Notes: generated by a model not told the origin, from the letters alone. Shown: positions 12,857 through 24,917, counted from the whole stretch's first letter. The stretch: DNA of 63,769 nucleotides, filler included, from Lenisia limosa (GCA_001655205.1; 15 parts of 15 records of this genome joined end to end with filler, not necessarily neighbours in it), one strand, 5' to 3'. Translations and numbers: made by a program.

Positions 12857-14093
12857 GTTTGTTTGCCAAGAAATGGCGAATAAAAATAATGGCATTGCCA
12901 GAACTATCTTCCTCCCGAAGCGTTCAGTCGACTGGCGTGGGCCTTGTTTAACCCCCTCATACATCTCCCACAGAACGACAACTCCTTCAAGCCTGCCCAG
13001 CCCAGACCACGCACCGCCCTTGCCCTCCAGGAAACTGCCCAACTCGACCCCAACAGGGTTTGCTCCAATTGGGTTGTTATTCTCAGAACATCTCTTTCGG
13101 GACTAAAATACTGTTTTCGATATTGTTGTGGTATCGATAGTTTACAGATCTTTTAGAACTGAAGGAGTTTTTTTTTATGTATCAATACTCCTCTATTGAA
13201 CTGGGCACACAAATCAGCTTTTAAGAAACAAATAACAATGATTGGGCTAACAGCTCGCCTCATCTATTTTGCTTGTTTTTTTTTTTGGGGGGGTGGGTAT
13301 TCAATATCTTATGCTTGACAGGGACGTAAGACCTGCAGCACCAGCTACGCCCCCACGAACGACCGCTTGTTTGGCAGTGGCACCCAGGAGAAGGCCAAGG
13401 TGGGGGATATGCATGTAGTAGTAGTATATCAATGCACTACTGATGGTATTATATCATACATATGATACCCAAAACGGTCCTGACTGCTCAGCCGTCTCTT
13501 CGCAAGGCTATCATTGGAGGCTCCAAACCAAGTAGGTGCCCGTCTGTCTTTTGCAGTATTATACAGCTTGATACACTGTAAAAATTATCAACATATCTTA
13601 AACTAATATATTCTTCAATACACCGGACCGATTTTCTAAAGGGAAATCTGAGTAATATTGGTCAAGAGCGTATTAGGTTTCTGGTATGGATGGCGTTGGC
13701 CTGATACTTCCTTATGATTAACCGTGTAGGGGACAGCGGAATGTCTGACATTATGACGAGGGATTCTACGGGCAGACATATGGATTCAGTGGGAGGTTGA
13801 CAATTACTGACTTTTGGCTCCTGGGCTGAATTTGTTCTCACTCTCCTCTTTCATTCATAACCGTGATATTTTTTTTTGTTATTTTGGGCTTTTGCTTCTC
13901 GATTGTGTTATTTCATCAATAGGTCTGTCATCTTGTTCTTATTTTTTGCTGGGATTTCAGATTTAGATTATACCTTTGCCAGTGTTTGACCCTGTAGTTC
14001 TCAAGCCGCGAGAATGAACGCAAACGGTACGAGCGAGCTATCAACACTCAGGTGCATGAAACCAACCAGCAGTATGCAGCAATGAACAAGTAG
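12857..14093 (+). CDS. 3' part of a multi-exon gene, unknown product
   Basis: Exons NDNSFKPAQPRPRTALALQETAQLDPN, GRKTCSTSYAPTNDRLFGSGTQEKAK|PSLRKAIIGGSKP|RDSGMSDIMTRGFYGQTYGF and FSSRENERKRYERAINTQVHETNQQYAAMNK-stop (TAG 14091-14093). Confidence 0.6.
13090..13168. mobile_element. MITE family A, degenerate
   Basis: CGGGACTAAAA...TCGATAT...TATCGATAGTTT...TTTTAGAACTGAAG. Confidence 0.5.
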
Positions 14094-14402
14094 CTTGGAA
14101 AGTTGCAGGAAGCTGCGGTGTTGGGGTTGTGTATTATTTCTGTATAATGTCGTCTAATAAAGGTTGTTTTCTACTTTAGGGTTGAACCAGATAATGAGAA
14201 TTAATGCTTAAAGTATCATACTGAATAAACAGATTTATGATTTCAATCAGAATCAGATTTTTGTTAATGATAGTGGACCCTTATAGGCGTATGCTATTGA
14301 GCCTTCAAAAAGCTAAGGCATCCAACAAATTGCTCTGGGCCTTACTCATCTTTATCATCTCAGTGATATGCATTTCAGATTTCACTAGAATTGTCTGCAG
14401 GT

Positions 14403-16800
14403 CTAGATGTGGCCACGGCCTCCGCATTTAGAGCACGTGTGCGTCATCTGAAGCATGAGGGGGGAAGGAGGCTTTTTAAGAAGGATTTCAAACAAGGTTC
14501 ATGACTCCATCACACCCCTAATTAACAAAGACGTCAGAGTTCACCGAAAACATCCACACAAATTCTAAAACCTCCGTATGAAAAACATCCTAGATGTGCT
14601 AAGCACAAAGAATCTACAATATTGTAAAGTATTAATATGATATACGATACCCCCTTACAATGCCGTCACTTGTCACCCCAGCTCCATGGCATTTTGGGCA
14701 CTATGGGGTAAAAAAAGGAAGTTATTAACGAGGACCATTGGCAAGATTCACTCTGAGGTGAAATATGGACATTTAACTGAGAAATGTAGGAAAACTGATC
14801 CAACAGATGACAACAGCTTCCCTAGGTTCCAAGAAACCCCCGGTAAAATCAAAGAGGCTGTATTGGGACCTGTAGGCAACTCAAAAGTCCCTCATACAAT
14901 TGGGGTTCCCTTGGGGAGAACCGCGTGACCGCTGCATCCGGGGCAGGTCGTCTTGAAGGCACATGAGCTTGCTGGGTGGTTATGATTGAAGAAAGATTGG
15001 ATGCTATGGAATAAAAATCCAAATGCACCCCCCCTCCCACAGGTGCAAATTTCGCCAGCCCCATGGCAACGGTAGCAATTAATCGAATCTGAAGCAACTT
15101 GGCCTGATCCCTCTGTGGGGGTAAACAACGTGATACCAAATGGTCCCATTTGCATCCCAAGATTTAATTTGGTTTTTGCTCTCAGACCCCCCCAACTGCA
15201 AGAGTGGCACGTGTGCTTGAATGCACAGTTAGGGTTGTCACAAACCTGGCCTAGAAAATAGGTCAAAGGAGTAGTTATTATTAAGTAGATACTACTAAAA
15301 TGAGATATAATAGTGATCGGAATGAAGCTCTTCATATCATATCACTTTTTGGATCATTTTCACACGTGTAACATTTTCCGCGCAGTGATATGATACCTCA
15401 TATCCACTCGTATGGTAATTGACCGACAAGTCTCAATGATACTCTGATACACTCGGGGTGAACCCTCGTGTTATCTTCGCTCATCATTTCGACTTGAAAG
15501 TCGGCCATATGCTCATATCACTAGTGGATATGGGTCAACAAGAGTCCCACCCACCCAAGCTGTTTGAGATATTCTAGAAATGAGTAAGACTCAATCCGTC
15601 CACACTACCACGCTTACAAGAGATATTGGACTATAGTATTCATCCAATCATTTGCTTAAAAACTCTTATTCTTGTATTTTTTTTGTATAGTTCGTTTCCT
15701 CTTCTTTATAAATAAACGTTTCTACACTTGCAAAAAAAAAGTTACAGACTGACCTATTCTCAACACACATTTCTCATACCCCCCACCGCTTCCATGGCAA
15801 GTGGGACAGTTGCGTCCAACATCACACTTCGCTCCGCTCCATCTGAAACGTTTAGGATATGGCGATATATCAGTACCAAGCGCGTGAGACGAAATCACAG
15901 CCATCCAGGATATTAAGAGACCCACCCATGCTCGCATTGGTTACAAGCGGCACCCGCAAAGTGGGTCTTGCACACACATTTATCCGGACTCTTGCAGACA
16001 CCGTGCTATGTGGTGAGCGGATATTTTGGCAGAGGTTGGGATAAAAAAAAACCTGTTAAATATCGATATTTATCGAGGATTGTTTGAGAAATTCTCTCTT
16101 GTTCGGACCGAAGTGAAACAACTTGACTCTACCCACCACGCATCCCTGGCTGCAGACGGGGGTCTTGCATCCCGTGCCCTTCCATTTGGGTGAGCACTTT
16201 TTGCAGTTCGGACCCTGTTCTGTGAAACAAAAAATGACCAGCCAAATCTACTGGCCAAACATTTCAGTAATGCAGAAAGCAGCATTGTGAAATATGGAGA
16301 CTTTACCCCCCCCCCNNNNNNNNNNNNNNNNNNNNNNNNNNNNNNNNNNNNNNNNNNNNNNNNNNNNNNNNNNNNNNNNNNNNNNNNNNNNNNNNNNNNN
16401 NNNNATTTGGGGTCTGGGGTGGACAAATGCATATTTAGAACTTTCTATAGGTGATTTCGGACTTGAAAACTATACGATTTTGACCAATATTTCAGGAAGT
16501 TAATACCTAGAAAACGACAAAATAATAATGTTATCCAATTCTCTTGGAGTTGACTCAGAAAAGTGCATATTTCTTGCAATATTCCACGGAAATGCGGGCG
16601 AAATTCTAAAAAAAACAATGTTTTCACAATTTAAGTGGACTTCCGCTTTAAGGTGCAATGGCTTGGATTCAAACACCAATTCAAACAAATCAGACTCTAA
16701 AACTCTGAGACTCAGCACCCCCCTACAGCGTGATGTTGGTCACATTTGCACTGGTTGGGAGCTGTGCAGGGCTGTCCGTTGCATCCCCCCTTGCAGACCT
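14403..16800 (-). CDS. EGF-like repeat protein with C-terminal DnaJ-type CxxCxGxG repeats (5' truncated)
   Basis: Spliced: VCKGGCNGQPCTAPNQCKCD...CKKCSPKWKGTGCKTPVCSQGCV|HGVCKSPDKCVCKTHFAGAACNQCEHG|WSGAKCDVGRNCPTCHGSG|QVCDNPNCAFKHTCHSCKGSGQVASDSINCYRCHGAGEICTSSSCAFKTTCPGCSGHAVLPKGTPI|MTHTCSKCGGRGHI-stop; splice phases consistent from the GCVHGVC exon onward. Confidence 0.8.
15334..15540. repeat. interspersed repeat family C (about 200 bp, internal CATATCCAC/GTGGATATG inverted repeat)
   Basis: GACCGACAAGTCTCAATRATACTCTGATACACTC...GTGGATATGGGT shared with 17388-17650; related sequence at 31948-32052. Confidence 0.75.
16040..16120. mobile_element. MITE family A, degenerate
   Basis: AAATATCGATATTTATCGAGGATT...TTCGGACCGAAGTGAA. 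Confidence 0.65.
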
Positions 16801-16925
16801 NNNNNNNNNNNNNNNNNNNNNNNNNNNNNNNNNNNNNNNNNNNNTTAATTAATTAANNNNNNNNNNNNNNNNNNNNNNNNNNNNNNNNNNNNNNNNNNNN
16901 CCCAAATGAAATTACTTGGGCTCAC

Positions 16926-18384
16926 CATCCGGTATTGTGTGCCCCCCATACGACATAAACCGTCAATTTCGTCGAAGAATATAATAGACGGCTGCATTCT
17001 TTGGGCTTGGTGGAATAACAAACGGAGCTGCTTCTCTGCCTCGCCAACCTGGGGGAGTAAAGAATTGTTTTTTTAATGTATGAATTATATATAGTACATA
17101 GTAATAAGGAATAAAAAGACAAGGTTGTATCTGGCCGAATAATAATAATAATAATATTAGACTTGCCCCCCCCCCCATTAATTCAAGGAAAATATGCAAC
17201 GATCTTGATACAGTGACAGGATAAGTTTTGACCGATTCTCAAATCAAGAGCAAATTGTCAAGATTTATCCCGGTCACCACATCAATCAAGTTGACCTACC
17301 CATTTTGAGAGACAATCTGCGCCTTTTCTCATGAAGAACGACACGTGTTGGTGACACTAAAATGTCATGGATGAGTACATCATTTTCCATGCAGTGATAT
17401 TTTGCCTCATTTCCAGTAGTCATATGGTAATTTGGGCTTCACTTCGGTTCGAAAAAGACTGGATAAAATATCGATAGTTTTCGAGAAGTTCTCAAAGATT
17501 TCGGTCTATTTTCGAACTGAAGTACAGCCCTATTAGACCGACAAGTCTCAATAATACTCTGATACACTCTGGATAAACCCTCGTGCTATCGTTCATCATT
17601 TCAATATAAAAGTCGGTCATATTATCATATCATTTGTGGATATGGGTGACCATATGACATACAAATGAATCTACCCCTCCCACCTGTTTTGAGCACATGT
17701 TGGCGAGGGCTCGGGCACAGAGGGTTTTACCAGTACCGGGTGGGCCGCTGAAGAGTACTCCCCTGTTTTGTGAATAGGGGATGGAGGGGGCATCAGGACA
17801 TTAATACTACATGTATTGATACTATACTTTCAATTATAATACTATTGTATATCATATCATACTACACTCTACAAATCACTCTATCATATGATATGCAAAT
17901 GTGAATTATGTAATTCTATTTGCCTTTTTAGAGTGTATCTAATTTCAAACATCAACCCATAGTATACATCTGTGAAATATATGACATAGTATATTATATA
18001 TAGCAATGAGAAATACAAATAAAGATGTATCTGGCCGAAGCCGTCCACATAATCACGCTTATAAGAGATATTGGATTATAGTATAAAATTAATTCATATT
18101 ATAGTACATTATATAAATGTACACACCAAATGCATCATATATATATTACATATAGTATTTGACTATGGCTTCACTTCGGTTCAAAAAAAGTCTGAAAATC
18201 TCGATAAACCCTCAAACACTATTGATATTTTCGCGGTTTTTTTCCGAACCGAGTGAAGCCCTACATATAATGCAGATAGTATTCTATATATTTTAAAGTA
18301 CTGGTGCAAAACCTCCCACTTTGGAGGGGTAACGCCGAACTTTTCAAAAACTTCAGGGTACACCAAGGGGAGTACCACGGTTTC
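16926..18384 (-). CDS. ATAD2: ATAD2/Yta7-family AAA+ ATPase, internal fragment
   Basis: Spliced ETVVLPLVYPEVFEKFGVTPPK|GVLFSGPPGTGKTLCARALANMCSKQ|...SFFMRKGADCLSKW|VGEAEKQLRLLFHQAQRMQPSIIFFDEIDGL: Walker A and B plus the family-diagnostic FFMRKGADCLSKWVGEAE. Confidence 0.93.
17209..17278. mobile_element. MITE family B (TA-CAGTG ends)
   Basis: TACAGTGACAGGATAAGTTTTGACC...GTCAAGATTTATCCCGGTCAC. Confidence 0.75.
17388..17650. repeat. interspersed repeat family C, copy interrupted by a family A MITE
   Basis: Aligns to 15385-15540 on both sides of the 17432-17532 insertion. Confidence 0.75.
17432..17532. mobile_element. MITE family A1, full length, nested in a family C repeat
   Basis: TTGGGCTTCACTTCGGTTCGAAAA...TTCGAACTGAAGTACAGCCCTA. 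Confidence 0.85.
18164..18263. mobile_element. MITE family A1, full length
   Basis: TATGGCTTCACTTCGGTTC...CGAACCGAGTGAAGCCCTA. Confidence 0.85.
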
Positions 18385-18729
18385 CTAAAACATTCATTGA
18401 AAAAATAATTACCAAAAGGGGGAAGGATAGTTATACATACATGTATAATACCAAGTTGAGGGGGAAGGACTGCAGTTTCATAAAAGGAAATAAATGTGAA
18501 GATTCACCAGGTGCCAGGCTCTTCGTAGAACAACCGAAATCGAAACCGAAAGTGAACATTTAAATATTTGTGTGTAACAATTGTGGGGGGGGGGGCATGA
18601 GGCGAAGATGCATTNNNNNNNNNNNNNNNNNNNNNNNNNNNNNNNNNNNNNNNNNNNNNNNNNNNNNNCTTCTTTCATAATAATACTCCCATCTCCATGA
18701 TGTACATGTACGTACACAATATACAATCA

Positions 18730-18833
18730 CATAATATATAGCAATGCGAAAATAAATAAATAAGATCTGGCCGACATATCATATTATATGGTATGATAAA
18801 CCTAATTTTTATTTCGCATTGCTATATATTATG
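18730..18833. repeat. palindromic element family E (about 26-bp arms)
   Basis: CATAATATATAGCAATGCGAAAATAAA...TTTATTTCGCATTGCTATATATTATG; left arm and ATCTGGCCGA recur at 17996-18040. Confidence 0.8.
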
Positions 18834-18945
18834 TCTGTATCACTACGATGTTACTTCAGGAGGTATATTTTATCATACCATCATATCACTGTCATATGGT
18901 ATGATAAAATACCCCCCCTGAAGTAACATCGTAGTTATACAGACA
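18832..18945. repeat. palindromic element D (about 49-bp near-perfect arms)
   Basis: TGTCTGTATCACTACGATGTTACTTCAGG...CCTGAAGTAACATCGTAGTTATACAGACA. Confidence 0.85.
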
Positions 18946-19022
18946 GTGATCGGAATAAGCCTCGACCGCTGGCTATATGATTTCCCACGGAAAATAGGTC
19001 AAGACTTATCCCGGTCACTGTA
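18944..19022. mobile_element. MITE family B
   Basis: CAGTGATCGGAATAAG...GGTCAAGACTTATCCCGGTCACTGTA. Confidence 0.8.
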
Positions 19023-19299
19023 CGTATCAATAAAGAATTATCAAATACAATCCACCCTTAAAAAATAACAAAAAAAACATAATAAAACAATTTTTTTTTA
19101 TTATTATCAAATACCAGTATATGATATAGTATGTATATAAATACTAAAAACCATATTATACCTCCGCCCCCCCCCCCCCCNNNNNNNNNNNNNNNNNNNN
19201 NNNNNNNNNNNNNNNNNNNNNNNNTTAATTAATTAANNNNNNNNNNNNNNNNNNNNNNNNNNNNNNNNNNNNNNNNNNNNATTTACCGCTAAAATTAGG

Positions 19300-21650
19300 C
19301 CTAAAACAGACCCTCAGCTCCTGTTTAGGCCCGATATTAGCGGTAGGTGCTGATGTCTCCGTACTATTAACCATAGTGCTTCTTACTAACATGCTCCACC
19401 CACCCACAGTGCTTCTGCCAGTCATTCCGACAAAGGGTGAGTAAGCAGAGGCAAGACCGCTCAGAAGTCCGAGGTCAGCTACTGTCTCTGGTACGGCTAA
19501 CTGGCCCTGGGGGGGGGGGGGNNNNNNNNNNNNNNNNNNNNNNNNNNNNNNNNNNNNNNNNNNNNNNNNNNNNNNNNNNNNNNNNNNNNNNNNNNNNNNN
19601 NNNNNNNNGGTAAGAGAGGCAAAATCAGGGGAAGACAAGGACGTCTTTCAACACCTCTCAAACATTAGTCCCCCCCACCCCAAGTCCTTGGCACATTATT
19701 TGGGCATCAGCAAATGTCAAAGGTGCCGACTGATGGGTTGCACATGCTCCAGTAGACAGAATGCTAAGAAATGTGATGCCTGGGTTTGAACTGACAATGA
19801 GGCTGATAGTAATCGAAATGATTGTACAGAAACCGAAGGGAAATAAGAAAAATGTTATGTTGGCATCGGGATATAATAAGGAAAGGCCTTATTTGTCATT
19901 GTTGATATTGCGATTCAATACAGATCATCACTGCGTATATAATGATAGTTCAGATGTGTAAAAATGAACCGAAAAGTGAACCAACAGCTCCCTACTCACA
20001 CATGCTCCCCCAAAATGCAGTTGTTAAACTAAAATGTCAGAGAAAAGACAGGAATTTTTGACACAATAAGAACTGTGATGAAGACCTTACCTCTTTGTCA
20101 ACCGCCATCTCAATCTCTTCGCGGATCTAAAAAAATAAAATGTTGAATACCCCCCCCCCCCCNNNNNNNNNNNNNNNNNNNNNNNNNNNNNNNNNNNNNN
20201 NNNNNNNNNNNNNNNNNNNNNNNNNNNNNNNNNNNNNNNNNNNNNNNNNNNNNNNNNNNNNNNNNNNNNNNNNNNNNNNNNNNNNNNNNNNNNNNNNNNN
20301 NNNGCAGTGACATTGGCGCGCAACTCATCAATCAGCCCCTGTACGTAGACCTAAGAGCTGTTTTAATACAAAGCTTCACTTTCGGATGTAAAGCACGTGA
20401 AAATTGTTGAAAAATACAAAAATGAAGCACGATAGGCCACTGTGTGAACAGAGTTTGAAGACAACATAAATTTATATACATAATCAGAAATCCTAGCTGA
20501 AATTGATGCTTTAAATATTGGGCTTGCGAAGATCAGAGTTAATATTCATACAATCAGGAGGGAGAGAGTTGCTTGGTTATATTCATACAATCAGGTAGTA
20601 ATATTCATACAATGGAGGGAGAGAGCTGCTTAGTACAACCAGGAGGGAGAGAATTATTTATCCTTTCCTAAAAAGGACAAACTACCAAAGTGGAATATTG
20701 GTAGTTTATCCTGTTTAGGAAAGGATAAATAATAGTTTTGTGAAATATACCGTCCAGCCCCAAACCAACCTTGGATGTAGCATGAAGGTCATCCGTCGGG
20801 GTGTTGAGGACTCTGGTGGTGTGAATCGCAAATATGTTCCGAACGTATTGGATTTGTATCCCTATTATGTCTTTTTATTACTAAGATTAAAATACGATAA
20901 AAAAAGAGGATTTCAAATTCCAGTAAAGTTGTAAAAAAAAAAAACAAAAAAACAGAGAAATGGGAAATAAAACAAGTTTGTATCTGACCAAAGCCTTACA
21001 CTATCATGTTTATCGGGGATATGCATAAATATCATAAGCAGAAACAAGCAGCATAAAATTCAAAAGAGGTCTTCTATTTCGGAAAAGGGTGTGGGTAAGG
21101 GAATTACCGCCTACCGCAAGCTATTGACTGAGTGCTCCCCGTTAATCTTCAAAAGAAAACTAAACAGTTATAATTGAATCATTTTGAAGATATTATTCAA
21201 AGATAAGGGTGGGCATTGCAAAAAGCCTCTTTGATTGGTGAATTGCTTCTCAAGAATGTTGCTGCTAAAGAATGTGGAAGAATGCATAATACATTAACGT
21301 ATCCAATGTCCTAGTAGAACATTTCTATCAATTAATTATCTTTTCAGAGACAAAAGGAAAGAAGGTAGTGGATACAAGGTTCTACGGATTGAGGGAGGAA
21401 TAAACACTGTTTGAGATCAAGGCGTAGCACTGAGCAAGTGATGTCCTTACCCATTTCATTCTGTTATTTATAAAGATTTCTACATAAGAGCAAGGAAGAT
21501 AGCCACGGAAGAGTACTGGAAAACAACGTTTTGAGCAAATATCGTGTCTTACCACTAAGCCGCCATTTCGCCAACCTTAACGAGTAGTTCACGTGCAGTA
21601 ATACCAGAAACCAGAGCGTCAATATCCTTCTCATCATTATATAGGGATTT
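19300..21650 (-). CDS. multi-exon gene with a C-type lectin-like domain near its 3' end
   Basis: LTFADAQIMCQGLG|GQLAVPETVADLGLLSGLASAYSPFVGM matches the start of the CTL fold (A-x3-C-x3-GGxLA); upstream exons IREEIEMAVDKE, VYVQGLIDELRANVT and NDEKDIDALVSGITARELLVKVGEMAA are unassigned. Confidence 0.55.
20653..20733. repeat. palindromic element H (36-bp arms, 2 mismatches, 9-nt loop)
   Basis: ATTATTTATCCTTTCCTAAAAAGGACAAACTACCAA / TTGGTAGTTTATCCTGTTTAGGAAAGGATAAATAAT. Confidence 0.85.
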
Positions 21651-22630
21651 AGGGGTTTTCGGATTTTTGGGAATTTGCAAGGAATTTGTTCTGGGCTTCC
21701 TAGGGTTCGACCAGACCCGGGTATTCTTTGATGCTTCAGTATAAATAGTTTTCCTTTTCCATCCATCCCCCATCCCATCCACCCATCCTACTATCTTTTA
21801 ATCCAGCTTTAATCTTTTAGTTACAGCCAGTAGCCCTTTCTCAATTATCTTTTTATTTGTTCTCCTCCCCCCTCCGTAGCGAGTAGCAGCAAGTAANNNN
21901 NNNNNNNNNNNNNNNNNNNNNNNNNNNNNNNNNNNNNNNNTTAATTAATTAANNNNNNNNNNNNNNNNNNNNNNNNNNNNNNNNNNNNNNNNNNNNAAAA
22001 ATTAAACTTTATGAGTATCTTCCATGATTAAACATTCATGCCCATGGTTGTTAAACATTCTGTAATGTAGAACAGGTTTTTGTCGATAAATCTTTATAGA
22101 TATCATCTTATCAACCAGAGGGGAAGCTGTTGTGATGATATCTTTTTCTCACTTCGCTTTAAATGACCTCTATTATTTGACTATACTAACTGAATTACCT
22201 TGGCTGCACTTCTCTTTCTTTGGGTGAGAGCTGAACTACAAGTTTAAGGACGTCTTCATCTCTAAGGAGGAAGAAGGTCTTCATTCGTGTACCCGAGACC
22301 ATGGAGTTCAAAGAGGAGCAGGACACACGCAAAGGTGGGACGTGAGGATTTCTTCTGAATATATCGTATGCTGCACAATTTGACCATACCAAATATATGT
22401 AGTTTACAGTCTAGGAAAGCTCCTGTCTGTCAACTCTGAGGAGGATGGCATCGACACATCCTGCATTGTCTGGGATACTTACTGTTATGACAATCCAAGA
22501 TGTGAGCATGGGATGATGATATTTTAATTAAATTTTGGAAATAAGGGGTTGGTGTTAAAAAACACCGTTGTGGTAAAAGGAAACATACAAATTATGAATC
22601 CGAAAAAAAGGCTAAATAAGCCAATGAAAG

Positions 22631-23134
22631 CTAAAAGCCTTCATAATCACGATCACGAATGATTTCAGCTTGAACATCTTCACGATTGCGATGGTGATAG
22701 TCGTCATTGGCATGGGCATCTCTTAAGGCAGTGGTGTAATGGGAGTTGTTCAAGCACTTCTTGATAGAGAATTGCTCCAAACGATGATTAGAAGAGCCAC
22801 GAACTCCAAACTCAAGATTGAAGCACCTAGTTGCTGGAACATCAGGGTGCCTGCGGCTGTCATCGGAGTCGTCAAGAAGAATAGCAACGGCGGTAACCTT
22901 CTCAAGCCCTTCTGGAAACTTTGCTTCAGCATTGGGGTGGGCACTTGCAAGGGAAACAATAAAGTGAAAAGCCTCTTGGTCAACCAAACTGGTACACTCT
23001 GGCGAGTAGCGGAATCCAAGTTCATGTCTATTCAGAAATAGCTTGAAATAGGTTGCGGCTTCCCCCTTCTTGTTGAAAACTTTTAAAACGCGATTGGTCC
23101 TCACCGAGAATAGCACAATCTGGATTCCTACCAT
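22631..23134 (-). CDS. DUF3223 / DCL(DeCL)-domain protein, main exon; further exons likely to about 22198
   Basis: FNKKGEAATYFKLFL...SLASAHPNAEAKFPEG...HPDVPATRCFNL...EQFSIKKCL reproduces the HPxxxxK / HPx5RCF / FSxxKC pattern of DUF3223. Confidence 0.75.
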   Translation of the reverse strand: MVGIQIVLFSVRTNRVLKVFNKKGEAATYFKLFLNRHELGFRYSPECTSLVDQEAFHFIVSLASAHPNAEAKFPEGLEKVTAVAILLDDSDDSRRHPDVPATRCFNLEFGVRGSSNHRLEQFSIKKCLNNSHYTTALRDAHANDDYHHRNREDVQAEIIRDRDYEGF

Positions 23135-23861
23135 CTTGGTTAAGAAAGAGAGAAAATGTTTTTTTTTTTTTTTCAGTAAAAAATAACTCAGATGACCTAG
23201 TTCAGTTCATACATTTAAATATTCGTAATTCATTCAATACAATCTGACAGTCGGATTCAAACAATATCATTTAATTACCACCTCTATTACTCCTATTCTC
23301 CTATTACGACGAGTCTCCGCTGGTCGTCAACTCCTAATGATTGCTCGTCATTCAAAAACACACAAGTGACCGAGAGACCGCCCAGTATGTTTTTAATAAA
23401 ATTTGAAATTCTGTTGTGGTGAGTAACAGTAAACTTAAATCCGAGAAGTAAATCAGTGTAAATAAAATACATACAAATAAAATATAAAAAGAGAGCGGCG
23501 TGCTGCTGTGTGCTTTCTGTGATGTTTGGTTGATCTTGCACCTGCACCTACACTGACTTCTTCTAATTTGTAAGGTTTTTGTGACAATGTATAGTTATAT
23601 ATATATCCAGATTATATCTTCTCTTGTCTTGTTCGATTTTGAAAAGAGGTCTTCCATATAATATATCTATCTATCTATCTATATATATATATATATATAT
23701 ATGATATATATATATTCTGACCCAATGTAGACAACATGTTGAACTTGGTTGCATTTTTTACCACGCTAGTTTTCGTGGCAGTAATTAAGTTTGTTTTAGG
23801 TTGGTGGGATGGTTTGGTGGAGTGGTTGTTGTGTAATAATTCTGTCAGTTTGTGATATTAT

Positions 23862-24697
23862 AGTTCCTGCCTTTGGACCATTTACGGCCAGAAAGGTCAC
23901 AGCACTACCCCAACCATCATTCTCAAATAAGAAAACGAGATCTGCGTCGGATACTCTTGGTACAAGAGCTAAGAAATCGAAAGTATGGAAATATTTCTTG
24001 AATCTTCATGATTTTTAAAACAATAGGTTGAGAAGCCTACAACCCTACTAGCTGAAGAGTGGGAGTATAGTGGTTATGATGAGATTGTAAGTCCCGATAA
24101 TTACTTCCGTTTGAGACCTGTGGAAATCCCACCAGATTCAGACGAGGACAACTGGTATGCATTGTATTATATACCATATTATTTTCTAGGAATGATGACA
24201 TTGTGATTCGCCAGGGCTGCTGGGATCATGACGATCCAAGCGAGAGCGAAGGCTCAGAAAGCAGCAGTGATGAGGATGACGCTGCTGACTGTAGGTATTT
24301 GCTACTGTTGATTAATTGTAGTTTTTCCAATTGCTGCCCAAAACACTGATAGAGACGGTCAGTTATTTTTGTGTGTTCGTTTACCTCTTAGTTAATCTTG
24401 AAAATAGCGACCACCGTAATGCAAGCGGTTTGAATTCTTATTACAAATATTTTATCTTCCAGAAATAAATGAAGAATTAGCCAACTCTTATGTTGATTAT
24501 GTTGTGACTATTCTGAAGCACAAGGAAACGCGTTTGAAAATTCTTCGTTTTACAACGTTTTAGTTAAACATTTTATGGACAGAGATTTACTCCCTCGGTT
24601 TTTAGATCTTGGAGATGTCACCAAATTCCATGGTGAGTTATCTGAAAATTTTTATTGTTAATTTTCAGTTGATGACTGTGAGAGCGGTTCAGAGAGC
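23862..24697 (+). CDS. multi-exon gene with acidic tracts, unknown product (3' truncated)
   Basis: ...SASDTLGTRAKKSK|VEKPTTLLAEEWEYSGYDEIVSPDNYFRLRPVEIPPDSDEDNW|NDDIVIRQGCWDHDDPSESEGSESSSDEDD, with consistent phases. Confidence 0.6.
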
Positions 24698-24917
24698 NNN
24701 NNNNNNNNNNNNNNNNNNNNNNNNNNNNNNNNNNNNNNNNNTTAATTAATTAANNNNNNNNNNNNNNNNNNNNNNNNNNNNNNNNNNNNNNNNNNNNGAA
24801 TGGTGAAAACGATATCTGAATACGAGAGAGGTTAACATAAATATTTGAGAAACAAAGAGGGAGGGGAAGGGGGGGAAGTAAAACGAAGGTAAAATTTAGA
24901 AAACTAAAGGGGAGCCC

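Noticed and set aside
14403-14447. CSKCGGRGH as a retroelement or MULE zinc knuckle
   Set aside because: It splices in phase to upstream CxxCxGxG repeats and ends in a stop; it belongs to the EGF/zinc-finger gene.
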